A stretch of 61,710 bases of DNA, counting the filler. It is 4 parts of 4 records of this genome, joined end to end, with 100 filler letters (N's around TTAATTAATTAA, not from the genome) between each part and the next. Parts side by side here need not be neighbours in the genome. Positions count along the whole stretch, not along the records: positions 28,589 to 45,000 come from SRR22947725_6795; 3 more parts are not named here. One strand, 5' to 3'. Under the pieces are notes generated by a model. It did not search any database. It was not told the origin of the DNA and was given only the letters and a program-made list of their open reading frames with translations. Positions within the stretch are counted from its first letter, which is position 1. Each line of letters opens with the position of its first letter. This document shows positions 29,226 to 39,900 of this stretch, in pieces. A program made the position numbers and the translations under genes.

Positions 29226-30663
29226 TCAAAGTGAAGCAGTAGTTCGTGGCGAAGGAATTGTAAAGACATTTAAAGACTTTTGGGGCCGAGACAAAGTTAA
29301 AGCCTTACGGGGAGTCGACATAGTCATTCCTAAAGGCTCTGTTTTTGGTCTTTTAGGACCGAATGGTGCTGGTAAATCAACTTTAATTAAATTGATTTTA
29401 GGGCATTTATATCCTAGCTCAGGCCGTTTGTCTGTATTAGGGAAAGACCCTAAAGATGTAGATATAAAATTTAAAATTGGTTATTTACCAGAAAGATCAT
29501 ATTTATATAAGAACCTGACGGCTGAAGAAACACTTTATTATTTTGGTGAAATTTTAAATCTAAGTAAAGATCAAATTAAAAGTCGCACAGATCAGCTCTT
29601 GGAAATGGTGGGCTTGCAAAATTCAAAGAAGCGCTTCGTTGGTGAATTCTCACACGGTATGACTCGTCGAATGGGCATGGCACAAGCCCTATTAAATGAT
29701 CCGGATTTTATAATTTTAGATGAGCCTACAGCAGGCTTAGACCCAGTGGGCTGTCGAGAAGTCAAAGACTTGATTATCACTTTGGGGAAAAGAGGGAAAA
29801 CAGTATTGCTAACAAGCCATTTACTGGCGGATGTAGAAGATACGTGCGATCAGATAATGATGATGTATGGCGGTACGGTTCAATCTCATGGTCATGTAGA
29901 TGATTTATTGGCAGATACCGATAGAGTGAAAGTTGAGTTCCCCGCCAATTGTGGTGTTAACGTGGACGCGATTAAGAAAGATTTGGCCCTTAAAGCTGGA
30001 AAAGACTTTTCAGTTTCTTCACCGAAGCAGTCCTTGGAGCAGTATTTCCTAAATATCGTCACTAAAGGTAATGCTACTCAGGAAACTGCAGGAGCTCAAC
30101 AAGGCGCTGGAGTCGCAGAATACTTGAAGGCAGGGATAGTACCAGTTGCGAATGACACCATAGAAGAGTCTAAGCCAGAACAAGAAGAATCTAAGCAAGC
30201 CGAATCAGTTGATGTAGTTGAAGAGAATAGTAATTCTGTGCAGACTGAGCCTGTTGAAGAAGAAAAACTTAACTCTACAAGTGGGATAGAAAAAAATGAG
30301 CAAGACCCTCAAGAAGAAAAGGTAGCAGAAGTAAGCTCTAAGCCTCAAGCCGTATTACTTTCAGAGGAATCAAAGAGTGTAGAGGATACAGAGGTTGCGG
30401 ACGCTTTAAAATCAGAAAAGAAAGAGCTCGATATAGAAGATCCTGTGGTAGTTGTTACAGATATAAAAGAGCCTGTTCAAGAGGTAGCTATTGAAGAAGA
30501 AAAGCAGATAAAGGAGCAAGTCGAGGTCGAAGAACCTATAGACGCCTTGGCATCTCTTAAAGCTTCACCAGAACCAGAGACTCTTGTCTCTGCAGATAGT
30601 GATGATGATCTTGATGAAGACGATGATCTTGATGAAGATTTACTGGATAAATTAACTCTTTAA
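29218..30663 (+). CDS. ABC transporter ATP-binding protein with long acidic C-terminal extension
   Basis: GPNGAGKS, FSHGM signature variant, IILDEP and TSH; the last ~170 aa are E/D-rich. Start reassigned to ATG 29218, after GGAGG. Confidence 0.92.
   Translation: MVDQSEAVVRGEGIVKTFKDFWGRDKVKALRGVDIVIPKGSVFGLLGPNGAGKSTLIKLILGHLYPSSGRLSVLGKDPKDVDIKFKIGYLPERSYLYKNLTAEETLYYFGEILNLSKDQIKSRTDQLLEMVGLQNSKKRFVGEFSHGMTRRMGMAQALLNDPDFIILDEPTAGLDPVGCREVKDLIITLGKRGKTVLLTSHLLADVEDTCDQIMMMYGGTVQSHGHVDDLLADTDRVKVEFPANCGVNVDAIKKDLALKAGKDFSVSSPKQSLEQYFLNIVTKGNATQETAGAQQGAGVAEYLKAGIVPVANDTIEESKPEQEESKQAESVDVVEENSNSVQTEPVEEEKLNSTSGIEKNEQDPQEEKVAEVSSKPQAVLLSEESKSVEDTEVADALKSEKKELDIEDPVVVVTDIKEPVQEVAIEEEKQIKEQVEVEEPIDALASLKASPEPETLVSADSDDDLDEDDDLDEDLLDKLTL
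30604..30639 (+). repeat. 18-bp in-frame tandem duplication
   Basis: GATGATCTTGATGAAGAC followed by GATGATCTTGATGAAGAT, encoding DDLDED twice. Confidence 0.8.
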
Positions 30664-30666
30664 ATT

Positions 30667-31989
30667 ATGAAACAAGCTTTAATAATAGCCAAAATGACGG
30701 TCCTCATGACTTACCGTAAAGGTACGCTTTGGGGTATTCTCGCAGTTATTGCAGGCTTGACCACACTTGTCTTTAATGTGGCTAGAAGTGATGGGCAAAT
30801 TATTAATGAATTGGAAATTCGTTTAACTTACAGTTACGGCTTTGCTTATAGCGTGATGAGTCTGATTATTATTTCCTTAGCCTGTTTTACTATGCGCTCG
30901 CAGTTGGATGCTAAAAATATTCACATGGTTACGAGTTATCCCATTGATCGGAAATGGATACTATTTGGCCAAGGTTTGGGGCTCTGCCTTATCGCGATCT
31001 TTGCGGAGTTGGTTTTATTCGTAAGTTTAGTCGGCAATGTGTGGTTCTTTACAAAAGATTATACGGTCGAAGATAAGAAGATTTTTGCAGAAAAGTTTTT
31101 AAAGACTCGTCGTGAGGTTCTACCGGATTATAAAAACAAGCGTGATTTAGCGATTGATTATGGTGAACGCCTTAAGATAGATATACCGGCGTTGAATGAA
31201 GAGCAGTGGAGTGAGTTGTTTGAACGGGCTTTGCGGGAAGAACAATTGATTAACCCAAATGCAGTTAAAACTTGGGACTTCGCGTTGAATGAAAATTTAG
31301 GCAGTGCCGAAGCTTTAGAAGTTGTTTTTAGGTTTCAACAGGCAGATAAGCGTCAAAAAGTGGAGGGACTATTTGAAGTTAAATCGGATCTTCATTCTAT
31401 TTACTTTAAGAAGGAGGTAGTTGCAGATCAATTTGCTGATGAGAGTTTTCTGATTCCTGCAGAGTATATTCCTTCAGATGGTAGCTTTACTTTAAGTTTT
31501 ACAAATAAGAGTAAGCGCGCGACCATTATCACTCGTAGAGGTATGAAATGTACTTATGAACGAGGCAGTTTATTAGGAAACTTTGCTAAAGCCGCTTTTA
31601 GCCAGACCATTCATATGGGGGTGACTATTTTAGTGGGGCTTTGTGCTGGAGCTGGGCTGACATTTTCTGTCGCTACTTTTTTTGTTATGATGCTGTACTT
31701 CATGTCTATTAGTGAAGGAATTGTGCGTGTCGTCGTAGAGGATTATGGCTTTGCTGCAGTTGTGACTTTTTGGGATGTCGCGGCCATGAAGGTTATGAGT
31801 GTGTCTATGTGGTTAACCAAAGGCTTGCAGCCTCCTGCGATCATAAGTAATTTGAGCACGGGTATTGATATTCAATGGGATTATTTATTTTTACAGTGGT
31901 TGCCAGCAACTGTTTTCTATGGATTATTAGCAATGTTTATAGGGGCTAAAATTATTGATAATAAAGAACTGGATAAGATACAGACATGA
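30667..31989 (+). CDS. Putative ABC-2-like permease with large extracytoplasmic loop
   Basis: Three N-terminal hydrophobic helices including the T.PI.R..I..G motif, a ~190-aa soluble region, then C-terminal helices; starts 3 bp after the ABC ATPase. Confidence 0.75.
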   Translation: MKQALIIAKMTVLMTYRKGTLWGILAVIAGLTTLVFNVARSDGQIINELEIRLTYSYGFAYSVMSLIIISLACFTMRSQLDAKNIHMVTSYPIDRKWILFGQGLGLCLIAIFAELVLFVSLVGNVWFFTKDYTVEDKKIFAEKFLKTRREVLPDYKNKRDLAIDYGERLKIDIPALNEEQWSELFERALREEQLINPNAVKTWDFALNENLGSAEALEVVFRFQQADKRQKVEGLFEVKSDLHSIYFKKEVVADQFADESFLIPAEYIPSDGSFTLSFTNKSKRATIITRRGMKCTYERGSLLGNFAKAAFSQTIHMGVTILVGLCAGAGLTFSVATFFVMMLYFMSISEGIVRVVVEDYGFAAVVTFWDVAAMKVMSVSMWLTKGLQPPAIISNLSTGIDIQWDYLFLQWLPATVFYGLLAMFIGAKIIDNKELDKIQT

Positions 31990-33578
31990 ATAAAAAAACA
32001 ATTATTCGCTTTGTCTTTATTCTTGTGTTCGGTGTTTTGCTTATCCAGAATAATAAGTCAATTAAAGACAGCGACTTTAATACATCGAACATCGAAGTTC
32101 TCAGCGATTTACCGCCTTCTTTACAAGTGACTTCAGTTGCTCTTGGGCCAATGAAAGGGCTATTGGCGGATATCATTTGGTGGCGTGCTGAAAGGATGCA
32201 GGAAAATAAAGAGTTTTTTGAGTCAATGCAACTTACCGAGTGGATGACTTCGTTGCAGCCGACCTATCCATCAGTCTGGGCCTACCAAGGTTTTAATCTT
32301 TCCTTCAATATTTCGTATAACTTTTCAAATACCGATGAGCGCTGGAAATGGGTTTACGCTGGGATTGAGCTTATGAGAAATAGGGGCTTGAAGTATGTCC
32401 CAGATTGGGAAGCTAATCGCCAGATTCGTTTTGAGATCGTCAATGTTTTTTCACGAAAGCTTTCTGGCGTGTCGGATGCAGAAGCCCGTCGTTTTCAGGA
32501 CTTGTGGACTCTAGAAATGCTGAAGTATTTCGATGAAGGTAACTCTGAGGAATTGGAAGAGATCGTTGCAGCATATAAAACGATTGATGAGCTCTTATTG
32601 GATAAGGATGTAGTGCAATTTAGAAATCTAATGAAGTTACCAGAAAAAGTTTTTAGAGAGCGGGTATTTAATAGTCCTCCAGATTTAAAAGCATTAAGAC
32701 CAGCGACTCCAGCTAATAAAGTTTATAATGCCGCAGTAAGAAAGATCTACCGTTTCGATCAGCGACGCCGTATTGGTGAAGAACTAAATATGGATGTAGA
32801 TAAAATATTACAGGTAGATCGCGATTATGGTCCGTTGGATTGGCGTACACATCAAGCTCAGATTATCTATTGGGGGATGGAGACGGAGCAGGCGAAATTC
32901 AAATCAGGAGGAGCAAATTACTCTCATTATGTGCGCGGCGCTATGCTCTCTTCTTTTTATGACGGCAGGATCGTTTTCTCAGAGAAGAAAGATTACTTTA
33001 TGAGAACTCAAAATATTGAAATGTTACCGAAAATTCATGCTTATTTTGATTTCGCACTAGGTAGCCTTGATTATGGAACTAAGGAGTATGCAAGAGTAGA
33101 TGCTGTACATAAGGATTTCCTGGAGAAGGCCATTGTTATTTGTTATACATATAATCAAATGGATGCCGCTAAAGACCTTTTTGACCACTATCTAGATTAC
33201 ATGGAAGAGGATGGTGCTGTTTTAAGCTTTGAGCAATTTATTGTCAAGGGGATGAAGGCCTCTCTGAAATCTCAAAATTATATTACACGACGTAGTTTTA
33301 TCGAATCTATTTTGAGCGGTGCTCTTGAGAATGGCGCTAGGGGCGAGTGGGATAAGTATCACGGCTATTTAAAGTTGGCGAAACTTGTACACAGAATGCA
33401 TCAAAAAGAGTTTGAAGGACAAGAAGCGCGGCTATTACCTCCTTTGATTGAAATGTTGAAGGCAGCAAAAAAGTCTTATGCCATGAAAACGAAGAAGACT
33501 TCTAAGCAAGTAGAAGAATTGGAAAGTCAGGCCGATGCCTATAAAAACCCAGTGAAAATAAGCACAGGTCACGAATAA
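31986..33578 (+). CDS. Hypothetical N-terminally anchored, mostly helical protein
   Basis: 530-aa ORF with an ATGA overlap to the permease, an N-terminal TM/signal segment and a Trp-rich block (LQPTYPSVWAYQGFNLSFNIS...RWKWV). Confidence 0.8.
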   Translation: MNKKTIIRFVFILVFGVLLIQNNKSIKDSDFNTSNIEVLSDLPPSLQVTSVALGPMKGLLADIIWWRAERMQENKEFFESMQLTEWMTSLQPTYPSVWAYQGFNLSFNISYNFSNTDERWKWVYAGIELMRNRGLKYVPDWEANRQIRFEIVNVFSRKLSGVSDAEARRFQDLWTLEMLKYFDEGNSEELEEIVAAYKTIDELLLDKDVVQFRNLMKLPEKVFRERVFNSPPDLKALRPATPANKVYNAAVRKIYRFDQRRRIGEELNMDVDKILQVDRDYGPLDWRTHQAQIIYWGMETEQAKFKSGGANYSHYVRGAMLSSFYDGRIVFSEKKDYFMRTQNIEMLPKIHAYFDFALGSLDYGTKEYARVDAVHKDFLEKAIVICYTYNQMDAAKDLFDHYLDYMEEDGAVLSFEQFIVKGMKASLKSQNYITRRSFIESILSGALENGARGEWDKYHGYLKLAKLVHRMHQKEFEGQEARLLPPLIEMLKAAKKSYAMKTKKTSKQVEELESQADAYKNPVKISTGHE

Positions 33579-33684
33579 ATTAAAGTTTGTTTGTTTTGTC
33601 TCATTCATTCATGAAACAATATGGCAAAATACACCTGTGAGTTTATGTTAGGGCAAAAATTTCAAATTTCAGCTGGAGTGTATT

Positions 33685-34833
33685 TTGAAAAGTAAGTATG
33701 ATTTTACAGATACTTCTTTGAGTATTGAGGAGAGGTTTTCTTATTTAACCTCTGAAGTAAATGGCAGGGCGCATATTTTAGATAACCTCATGAAAAATTT
33801 AAGCGGTTATCTCGATCAACTCGAAGCTGAAGTTGACGGTAATCCAGCTGCTGAAAACTATTTAGATCAATGTCTTAAAGAAATAAGTAAGACGGTCACC
33901 GTTGTCTCAGACGTAGCCAAAATTCAAGTTATGGACAAGCAAGAGTATGGACTCATAAATTTAGTCGATCTTCTTGGAGATATTAAAGAACGCATAGAGG
34001 CCATTTCTGAAATTAAATTAACTGTAAACCTCAACGACCAGAGTGAATGCCTAGTGTCAGGAAATAGGGAACAGCTAACAGCGGCTTTTATCTACTTGAT
34101 TGATAGTTTGTCATTAACTGGAGATGTTACTCTTTCTTTGACTTTAAAAGAACTTGATAATAACAGCGTTTCTTTAGGTAAAACAAATTTGGCCCACCGT
34201 AAGTATTGGTTTATTTCATTAAATGGCCAGCACACAGATTTAGATGATTACCGCCCGGTACTTCATTCGAAGAATAATTCCTTTAAAAACAAACTTTATC
34301 ATCGCGATGGAACGCTCTGTTACGGCACTTTAAGGCGCCATATGGGCGATGTTGTAGCCTATGATGAAGAAGGTGGTAACCTTTCCTTGGCTATTATGCT
34401 GCCTATGGTCGAATCGGGAGCAGTAACTGGTGCTCTTGACCAAACTCTTGAAGAAGATGCTTGGCATGGAGATGAAACAATTCTTGTTGTAGATGATGAG
34501 GATATGATTTGGGAAATTCTCATTGAGAACCTCCAGGATTTAGGCTACACCGTAATCCTTGCAGAGCATGGTGAAGATGCTGTAGAGATTTATCGCGAGA
34601 ACCCCGGTTTAATTGATGCGGTTATTTTAGACATGGTCATGCCTAAAATGAATGGCCGTGAAGCTTTTACAGAACTGAAGAAGATGGATGAAAACGTTAA
34701 AGTTATATTATCCAGTGGTTATATGGCGGAAGGCGAAGCCGGAGATCTCTTAGAATCAGGAGCAAAAGCTTTTCTGAGGAAACCATATAAAATGATAGAT
34801 TTAGCTAAAATGATTCGGAAAATTTTAGATTAG
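33685..34833 (+). CDS. Receiver-domain protein with degenerate histidine-kinase-like N-terminus
   Basis: The C-terminal REC is intact (ILVVDDE, ILDMVMP, SSGY, FLRKPY); the N-terminus shows only remnants of H, N and G boxes. Confidence 0.85.
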   Translation: MKSKYDFTDTSLSIEERFSYLTSEVNGRAHILDNLMKNLSGYLDQLEAEVDGNPAAENYLDQCLKEISKTVTVVSDVAKIQVMDKQEYGLINLVDLLGDIKERIEAISEIKLTVNLNDQSECLVSGNREQLTAAFIYLIDSLSLTGDVTLSLTLKELDNNSVSLGKTNLAHRKYWFISLNGQHTDLDDYRPVLHSKNNSFKNKLYHRDGTLCYGTLRRHMGDVVAYDEEGGNLSLAIMLPMVESGAVTGALDQTLEEDAWHGDETILVVDDEDMIWEILIENLQDLGYTVILAEHGEDAVEIYRENPGLIDAVILDMVMPKMNGREAFTELKKMDENVKVILSSGYMAEGEAGDLLESGAKAFLRKPYKMIDLAKMIRKILD

Positions 34834-34907
34834 TGTCATTAATATAGTAGTTGTGCGATTAGTTAGTAAGTTGTTGAATGGGTTCTACAAGGCGAGGGGA
34901 AGTATAA

Positions 34908-36944
34908 ATGCTTAAAGCAGTACAGTGTGATGGGTGCGGTCAAGGGATGACAGTAGAGAAGCTCCCTCAGGAACAGCAAGTAGCCTGCCCTGGTTGTAAG
35001 ACTTTAATTATAGTTCACCCATCTGGTATTGATAAAAATACAATTATTGGCGATCGCTATCAGATAAAGCAGGTCATCGATGAAAACTCAGTCAGTGTTT
35101 TGTATCTCGCTATTGACTTAGAGCGTGAAGATTATGTTTTAGCTCGATTATTTTCTTGGGAGTTTAGTGAATCAGTCTCTAATAGGCAGGAACTTTTACA
35201 GACCATTTCTTCAGTAAGTCACTTAGCAGAACCTACGCACGTTCGGGTTATAGACTCAGGAATTGATAGTGATTTAATCTTCACGATTTGGGCTTATGAA
35301 GATTTAGAAAGTATTTCTTCAATTGTAAAGCGCAATGGGCCATTATCTCCAGCGATGGCAGTGTCAATTTGTAAAGATTTAGCCCTATCATTAGATAAGG
35401 CATTTCATACTTCTGGTATTGGCCATTTTAACCTTTCCCCAAGTTGTTTATTTTTAAATTCACAAGGTGGAGTTAAATACAGCGACTTTGGTATATCTGC
35501 ACAATTAAGCGGTGATCAATCCTTCATGCAGGCTGGTATATCTTACTGGAATATGAGCTTTCTGAGCCCAGAGATGGCATTGGGCTGGAATTATCCTGAT
35601 ATGAAGAGTGATATGTATGCTTTAGCAGTCGTTCTTTATTTCATGATTACTGGTAATGAACCTCATGCTGGAGCTCAAAGTGGTCAAGAAATTAATTATG
35701 ATTCATTAAGGTTTTCGCCTTCACAAGAATCAACTTTAGATCGAGATTTCTTAGACCTCTTTTACACAATGACTGCGAGGAATCCTGCTCAAAGATATGT
35801 CAGTTGGTCAGAAGCGGTTTCCAAGATGGATCAGTTTTTGTATGAAGAGAAGATGAAGAAAAGTTCATACTCTCAAAGACATCGAGCTTCATTAACCAAA
35901 ACTCTAGATAGAGCTCCAATGGCTCCCATAGATAAGCCCCCTAAGCCTTCAGCTGGTGTCAGTAAAAGAAGAAAGACTTCGAAAGTAAGCTCTAATTCCC
36001 AGAAGAGAATGAGCGCCGACGATGTCCGTAAAAAATTATCGCATGGAAGTAAAGAAGCCCCCGTTACTTTTGCTAAAGGTGGGAATGCTCGGAAAAATTC
36101 AGGCGCGACAGGCAAGAGAGCTGCGATTAAGAAAAAGAAATCATCTGCAACTGGAGCCCATTCTAAGGCCAGACTCAATGCGACAACGACCAATGCTCCG
36201 GTTAGTTCTAGAAAACAACAAACAAAAAAGATTGTTGAAGAAGAAGCTCCTAAGTCCAAGTTAAATGCTCTTTTAGTATTTATTGGTATTCTTTTTGGTG
36301 TCGCTATCATTTATTTTGTCATGAAAGAAGCCTTAGGTAGTGAAAAAAAACCAATTTTAGCCGGTGAAGTTAAAGTCATTGAAAAAGAAGTCTCAGATCA
36401 GGCTTGGAAAGATAAGTTGCCTGCATTACCAGATCCACCGCCACCACCTGTTGAGGAAGAGCCAGCAGAGGATGCAACTGTAGTCCAGGAAGGAGAGGTA
36501 AATCCTGAAAATAAAGATGCCGCTGCTCCTGCAGTAGAAAAAGTTGCGCCTGCAGTCGATGAAGTTAAGCAACAGGCCGATCGACTAAGTGCACTTTTAA
36601 AGAAGCTGTATAAGTCCGTTCCTGACCGCGGAGCCGATCCAATTGAAGTGGATAGAGATTTAACAGAAGCTTTTGAATTGGCAGCAGGAAATGACACGGT
36701 GTTAAAACCTTTATTACAGCTCAAAGACGATTTTGAGCCGAAGCGCCAGTTGGCAGTACGATCTGCTTACAATGAAATTAGTCAGGAAGTACGCTTACTT
36801 CAGTTTAAACAGGACTTTGATGCAGCTCTGAAACTTATAGATAATTATAAAGGGCCTTTTGCTAAAGAGGTAAAAGCTGATTTGCAGAAACTGAGAGCAA
36901 CTGTTCTTCGCATTAAAGAAGAGTCTGGTCAGGGTGAAGAGTAA
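34908..36944 (+). CDS. Zn-ribbon + Hanks-type Ser/Thr (pseudo)kinase + TM + extracytoplasmic domain
   Basis: CDGC..CPGC, GDRYQI, SDFG, SPE and SDMYAL motifs; basic linker; TM LLVFIGILFGVAIIYFVM. Confidence 0.85.
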   Translation: MLKAVQCDGCGQGMTVEKLPQEQQVACPGCKTLIIVHPSGIDKNTIIGDRYQIKQVIDENSVSVLYLAIDLEREDYVLARLFSWEFSESVSNRQELLQTISSVSHLAEPTHVRVIDSGIDSDLIFTIWAYEDLESISSIVKRNGPLSPAMAVSICKDLALSLDKAFHTSGIGHFNLSPSCLFLNSQGGVKYSDFGISAQLSGDQSFMQAGISYWNMSFLSPEMALGWNYPDMKSDMYALAVVLYFMITGNEPHAGAQSGQEINYDSLRFSPSQESTLDRDFLDLFYTMTARNPAQRYVSWSEAVSKMDQFLYEEKMKKSSYSQRHRASLTKTLDRAPMAPIDKPPKPSAGVSKRRKTSKVSSNSQKRMSADDVRKKLSHGSKEAPVTFAKGGNARKNSGATGKRAAIKKKKSSATGAHSKARLNATTTNAPVSSRKQQTKKIVEEEAPKSKLNALLVFIGILFGVAIIYFVMKEALGSEKKPILAGEVKVIEKEVSDQAWKDKLPALPDPPPPPVEEEPAEDATVVQEGEVNPENKDAAAPAVEKVAPAVDEVKQQADRLSALLKKLYKSVPDRGADPIEVDRDLTEAFELAAGNDTVLKPLLQLKDDFEPKRQLAVRSAYNEISQEVRLLQFKQDFDAALKLIDNYKGPFAKEVKADLQKLRATVLRIKEESGQGEE

Positions 36945-39900
36945 GTCTTCGGAATTACTGGTATCCTATGCAAATGCTTGCTTTGGTTCTGAGTCCTATT
37001 TAGAATCCTATAAAAGTCAATTCCCTAAAGTTCTCACTTATCTAGAGAGTAAGACTCTATCACAAGTTACCTCTTCTCGCCTAAAGCTATTAAGCGAGCT
37101 TAAAAAGCATGGTTACCTCGAAGGAGTTCGCGATTTAATTTCTAAACCTTTTAAGGGAGAGAGATTATCAGATGAGAATATTCCTTATTTTGAAAACCTT
37201 TTATTTCTGGCATTTATTGATCAGGACAGCGCCTCCTATAAGAATTACTTGAAGCTATTGTGTAAATTTCAAAGGGTTTTGCCTGAGAAGCTAATTTTAC
37301 GGGTTTTGGGTGTTTATCAAAGTGATGACCTATTAGTTAGTCTTCCCCATGAGATCGCTCGCATCTATAGTCGACCAGAGTTAATTCATAATATATTTGA
37401 ACCAGACTGTGACCGACATAAGCTTCTATGGTTATTTGAACATGGCAGTGCCGATGACCGGGCATTAGCTTCTTTTGTTTTAAATAAATTCAATGAAGTC
37501 GAAAAATCTGAGGGAGTTATCGTAAGTGTTCTTCGCTTTTGGCAAGAGCAAAAGTATGAGGACCTTCTGCAGCGCTTAAGTGGCATACATAAGCTTATAG
37601 AGTCGGGTAAAATAAAGAAGGAACGTTTTAACTTTCTTATTGTTATGATTCACGTGTTGTCTCTCTTGCGGCACTATGGCCCTCGTGAAGCACGCGAAGT
37701 TTTTTTGGCCTATCAAACTTCCCTTGGAACCAATACAATGATGAGGGTTCTTGATATCGCCATTGATTATCAAGCAGGGAATATCAAAAGAACTAAGTTG
37801 AAACTCAAGCAGTTAGTTTATGGCTTTCAGGGGAAGAAATCAGAACTGTTTTTTAGAAGTTTGGCGTATTTTTGGATAAATGATGGTTGTTCTGCACGTG
37901 AGCTTCAACAGCTCAAAGAATTGCGTGAAGAGTACTTAGTGTCGGTTAATAAGTTTTTATTTTTTGAGGTCGATGCCTTATTGATGAAGATTGTTGATGC
38001 CGAAGACTTTTCGACAAGCATTCGCGACAGGTCCTTTCCCTTTTTATGTGATTTGTTTGTTTCATCACAGTCATGGACGGGATTATTGGAATCCCTGCAA
38101 AAAAACGCTGAGCCAAGTATTCTTTTGTGGCTAGTGAGACTCGATAGCGGATCCAGTAAGCAAACGGCTTGGTGTGAGATAGAGCCTGCATTAGCGGTAA
38201 GGAAGTCTAAGAAGAAATTGTCACCTCCTAAAATAATAAGTTGGCAAGATTTGTTAGAGCGCCAAGATAAACTTGAGTTGCTCGAAGCCGACTTAAAGAT
38301 AATAAATTTATTACACGAAACTGATGAAGATAGCCACTTGTCTTATGCCTTCCCAGAAAAGAAGGCCTTGGAATTACTTTCAGGTGCAGAAAATGCCTAT
38401 CTTATGGATGAGCCCGAACAGCAACTTGTAATCATCAAGCGGTCTCCTGAACTAAGCTTGAAAGAGTCCAATACATTTTTTGAACTCGAATGGGACTATC
38501 CTACTCATGCAGGCGACCTTCACATTGAGGAGGTTGATGACTTCAAATATGAGGTCTGTTACTTATCTGACGCAGAAGTTCTGCTGCGAGAAAAAGTAGA
38601 AGCATCACTTCACTTGCCTAAAGATCCATTTAAAGTCCATGAGTTTATTGGGGCTTTGAATAGAGATATAGTTTTAAAAGGGGACTTACCGTTATCATCG
38701 GCGAGTAAGGAGCAAGCCACGAAGACTGAATTATTGTGCCGCTTTGATTCTTCTGGAGTAGAGTACATGCTTGAGGTTTTAGTTCAGGCACCTTGGGAGG
38801 GCTATACACAGTGCCCGGGGCAGGGAGCCTCAGTTATTTTGGAGAAATTCCACGGAAAATCTTATGAATGGCAAAGGGATCTAGCTTTAGAGAAAAAGAT
38901 TTACCATAAGTTAATGGATTCTTTAGATTTAGATCCATCGCTGGGTTATGAATTCGAAATTTATGACCGTCAGCACTTATTGGAAATTTTAGATACTCTT
39001 CATGAACAGAAGAATATAAAATTGCAGTGGCCAAAAGAATTAAAGATTACAGCTCATCGTTATTCAGCAGGTAGTATTTCAGTTAAGGCTTCAGAAAGTA
39101 GAGATTGGTTTCAAATCGAAGGAAAATTAGTTTTTAATAAGACTGTTGTGGAATTAGCGAAGGTTCTGGAAAAGATGAAAACAGAATCGCGTTTTATTGA
39201 ATTAAAAGATAATCAATATCTGATTCTGACAGAAGAGCTGCGTCAGCAGTTAGTTGATATTTCTCAGTTAGTTGATCAGCGGGAGGAGTGCCTTTTGCTG
39301 CATAGTGCTTTGGCTGAACAAATGAATTCTCAACTCACGGGAGTTCCGGTTGACCTTGAGGAGGATATTTTGTTTAAGGACGCGGTTACTCGGGCGATTT
39401 ATGCTAAACGAGAAATGGCTCAAACTCCTCATGAATTAAAGGCAACCTTGAGGCCTTATCAAGAAACGGGTTTTCGCTGGTTAACTCAGATGACTGCTCA
39501 AAATATCGGAGTTTGCTTGGCAGATGATATGGGCTTGGGTAAAACCTTGCAAACATTGGTCGCTTTGTTATTAAAGCAAGCAGAAGGCCCTTCGATCGTA
39601 GTGGCTCCCACCTCCCTTTGTATGAACTGGTGCCAAGAAGGTAAAAAATTTACACCGACACTTAATTTCATTAATTATACTTCAGCAAATCGCTCTAAGT
39701 TGCTCTCAGACTTATCCGCAGGAGATGTACTGGTATTGAGCTACAGTATTTTGATTCATGACTGTGAACTTTTGAGTGAGAAAATATGGAACGTAATGGT
39801 TCTGGATGAAGCGCAAATGGTTAAAAATACGGGAACCTTGAGATCCAAGTCTATTCGCTTACTACAAAGCCAATACCGAATAGCTTTAAGTGGGACGCCG

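Noticed and set aside
35873..36724. 145- and 108-aa antisense ORFs
   Set aside because: They are shadows of low-complexity regions of the pseudokinase, with no motifs or RBS.
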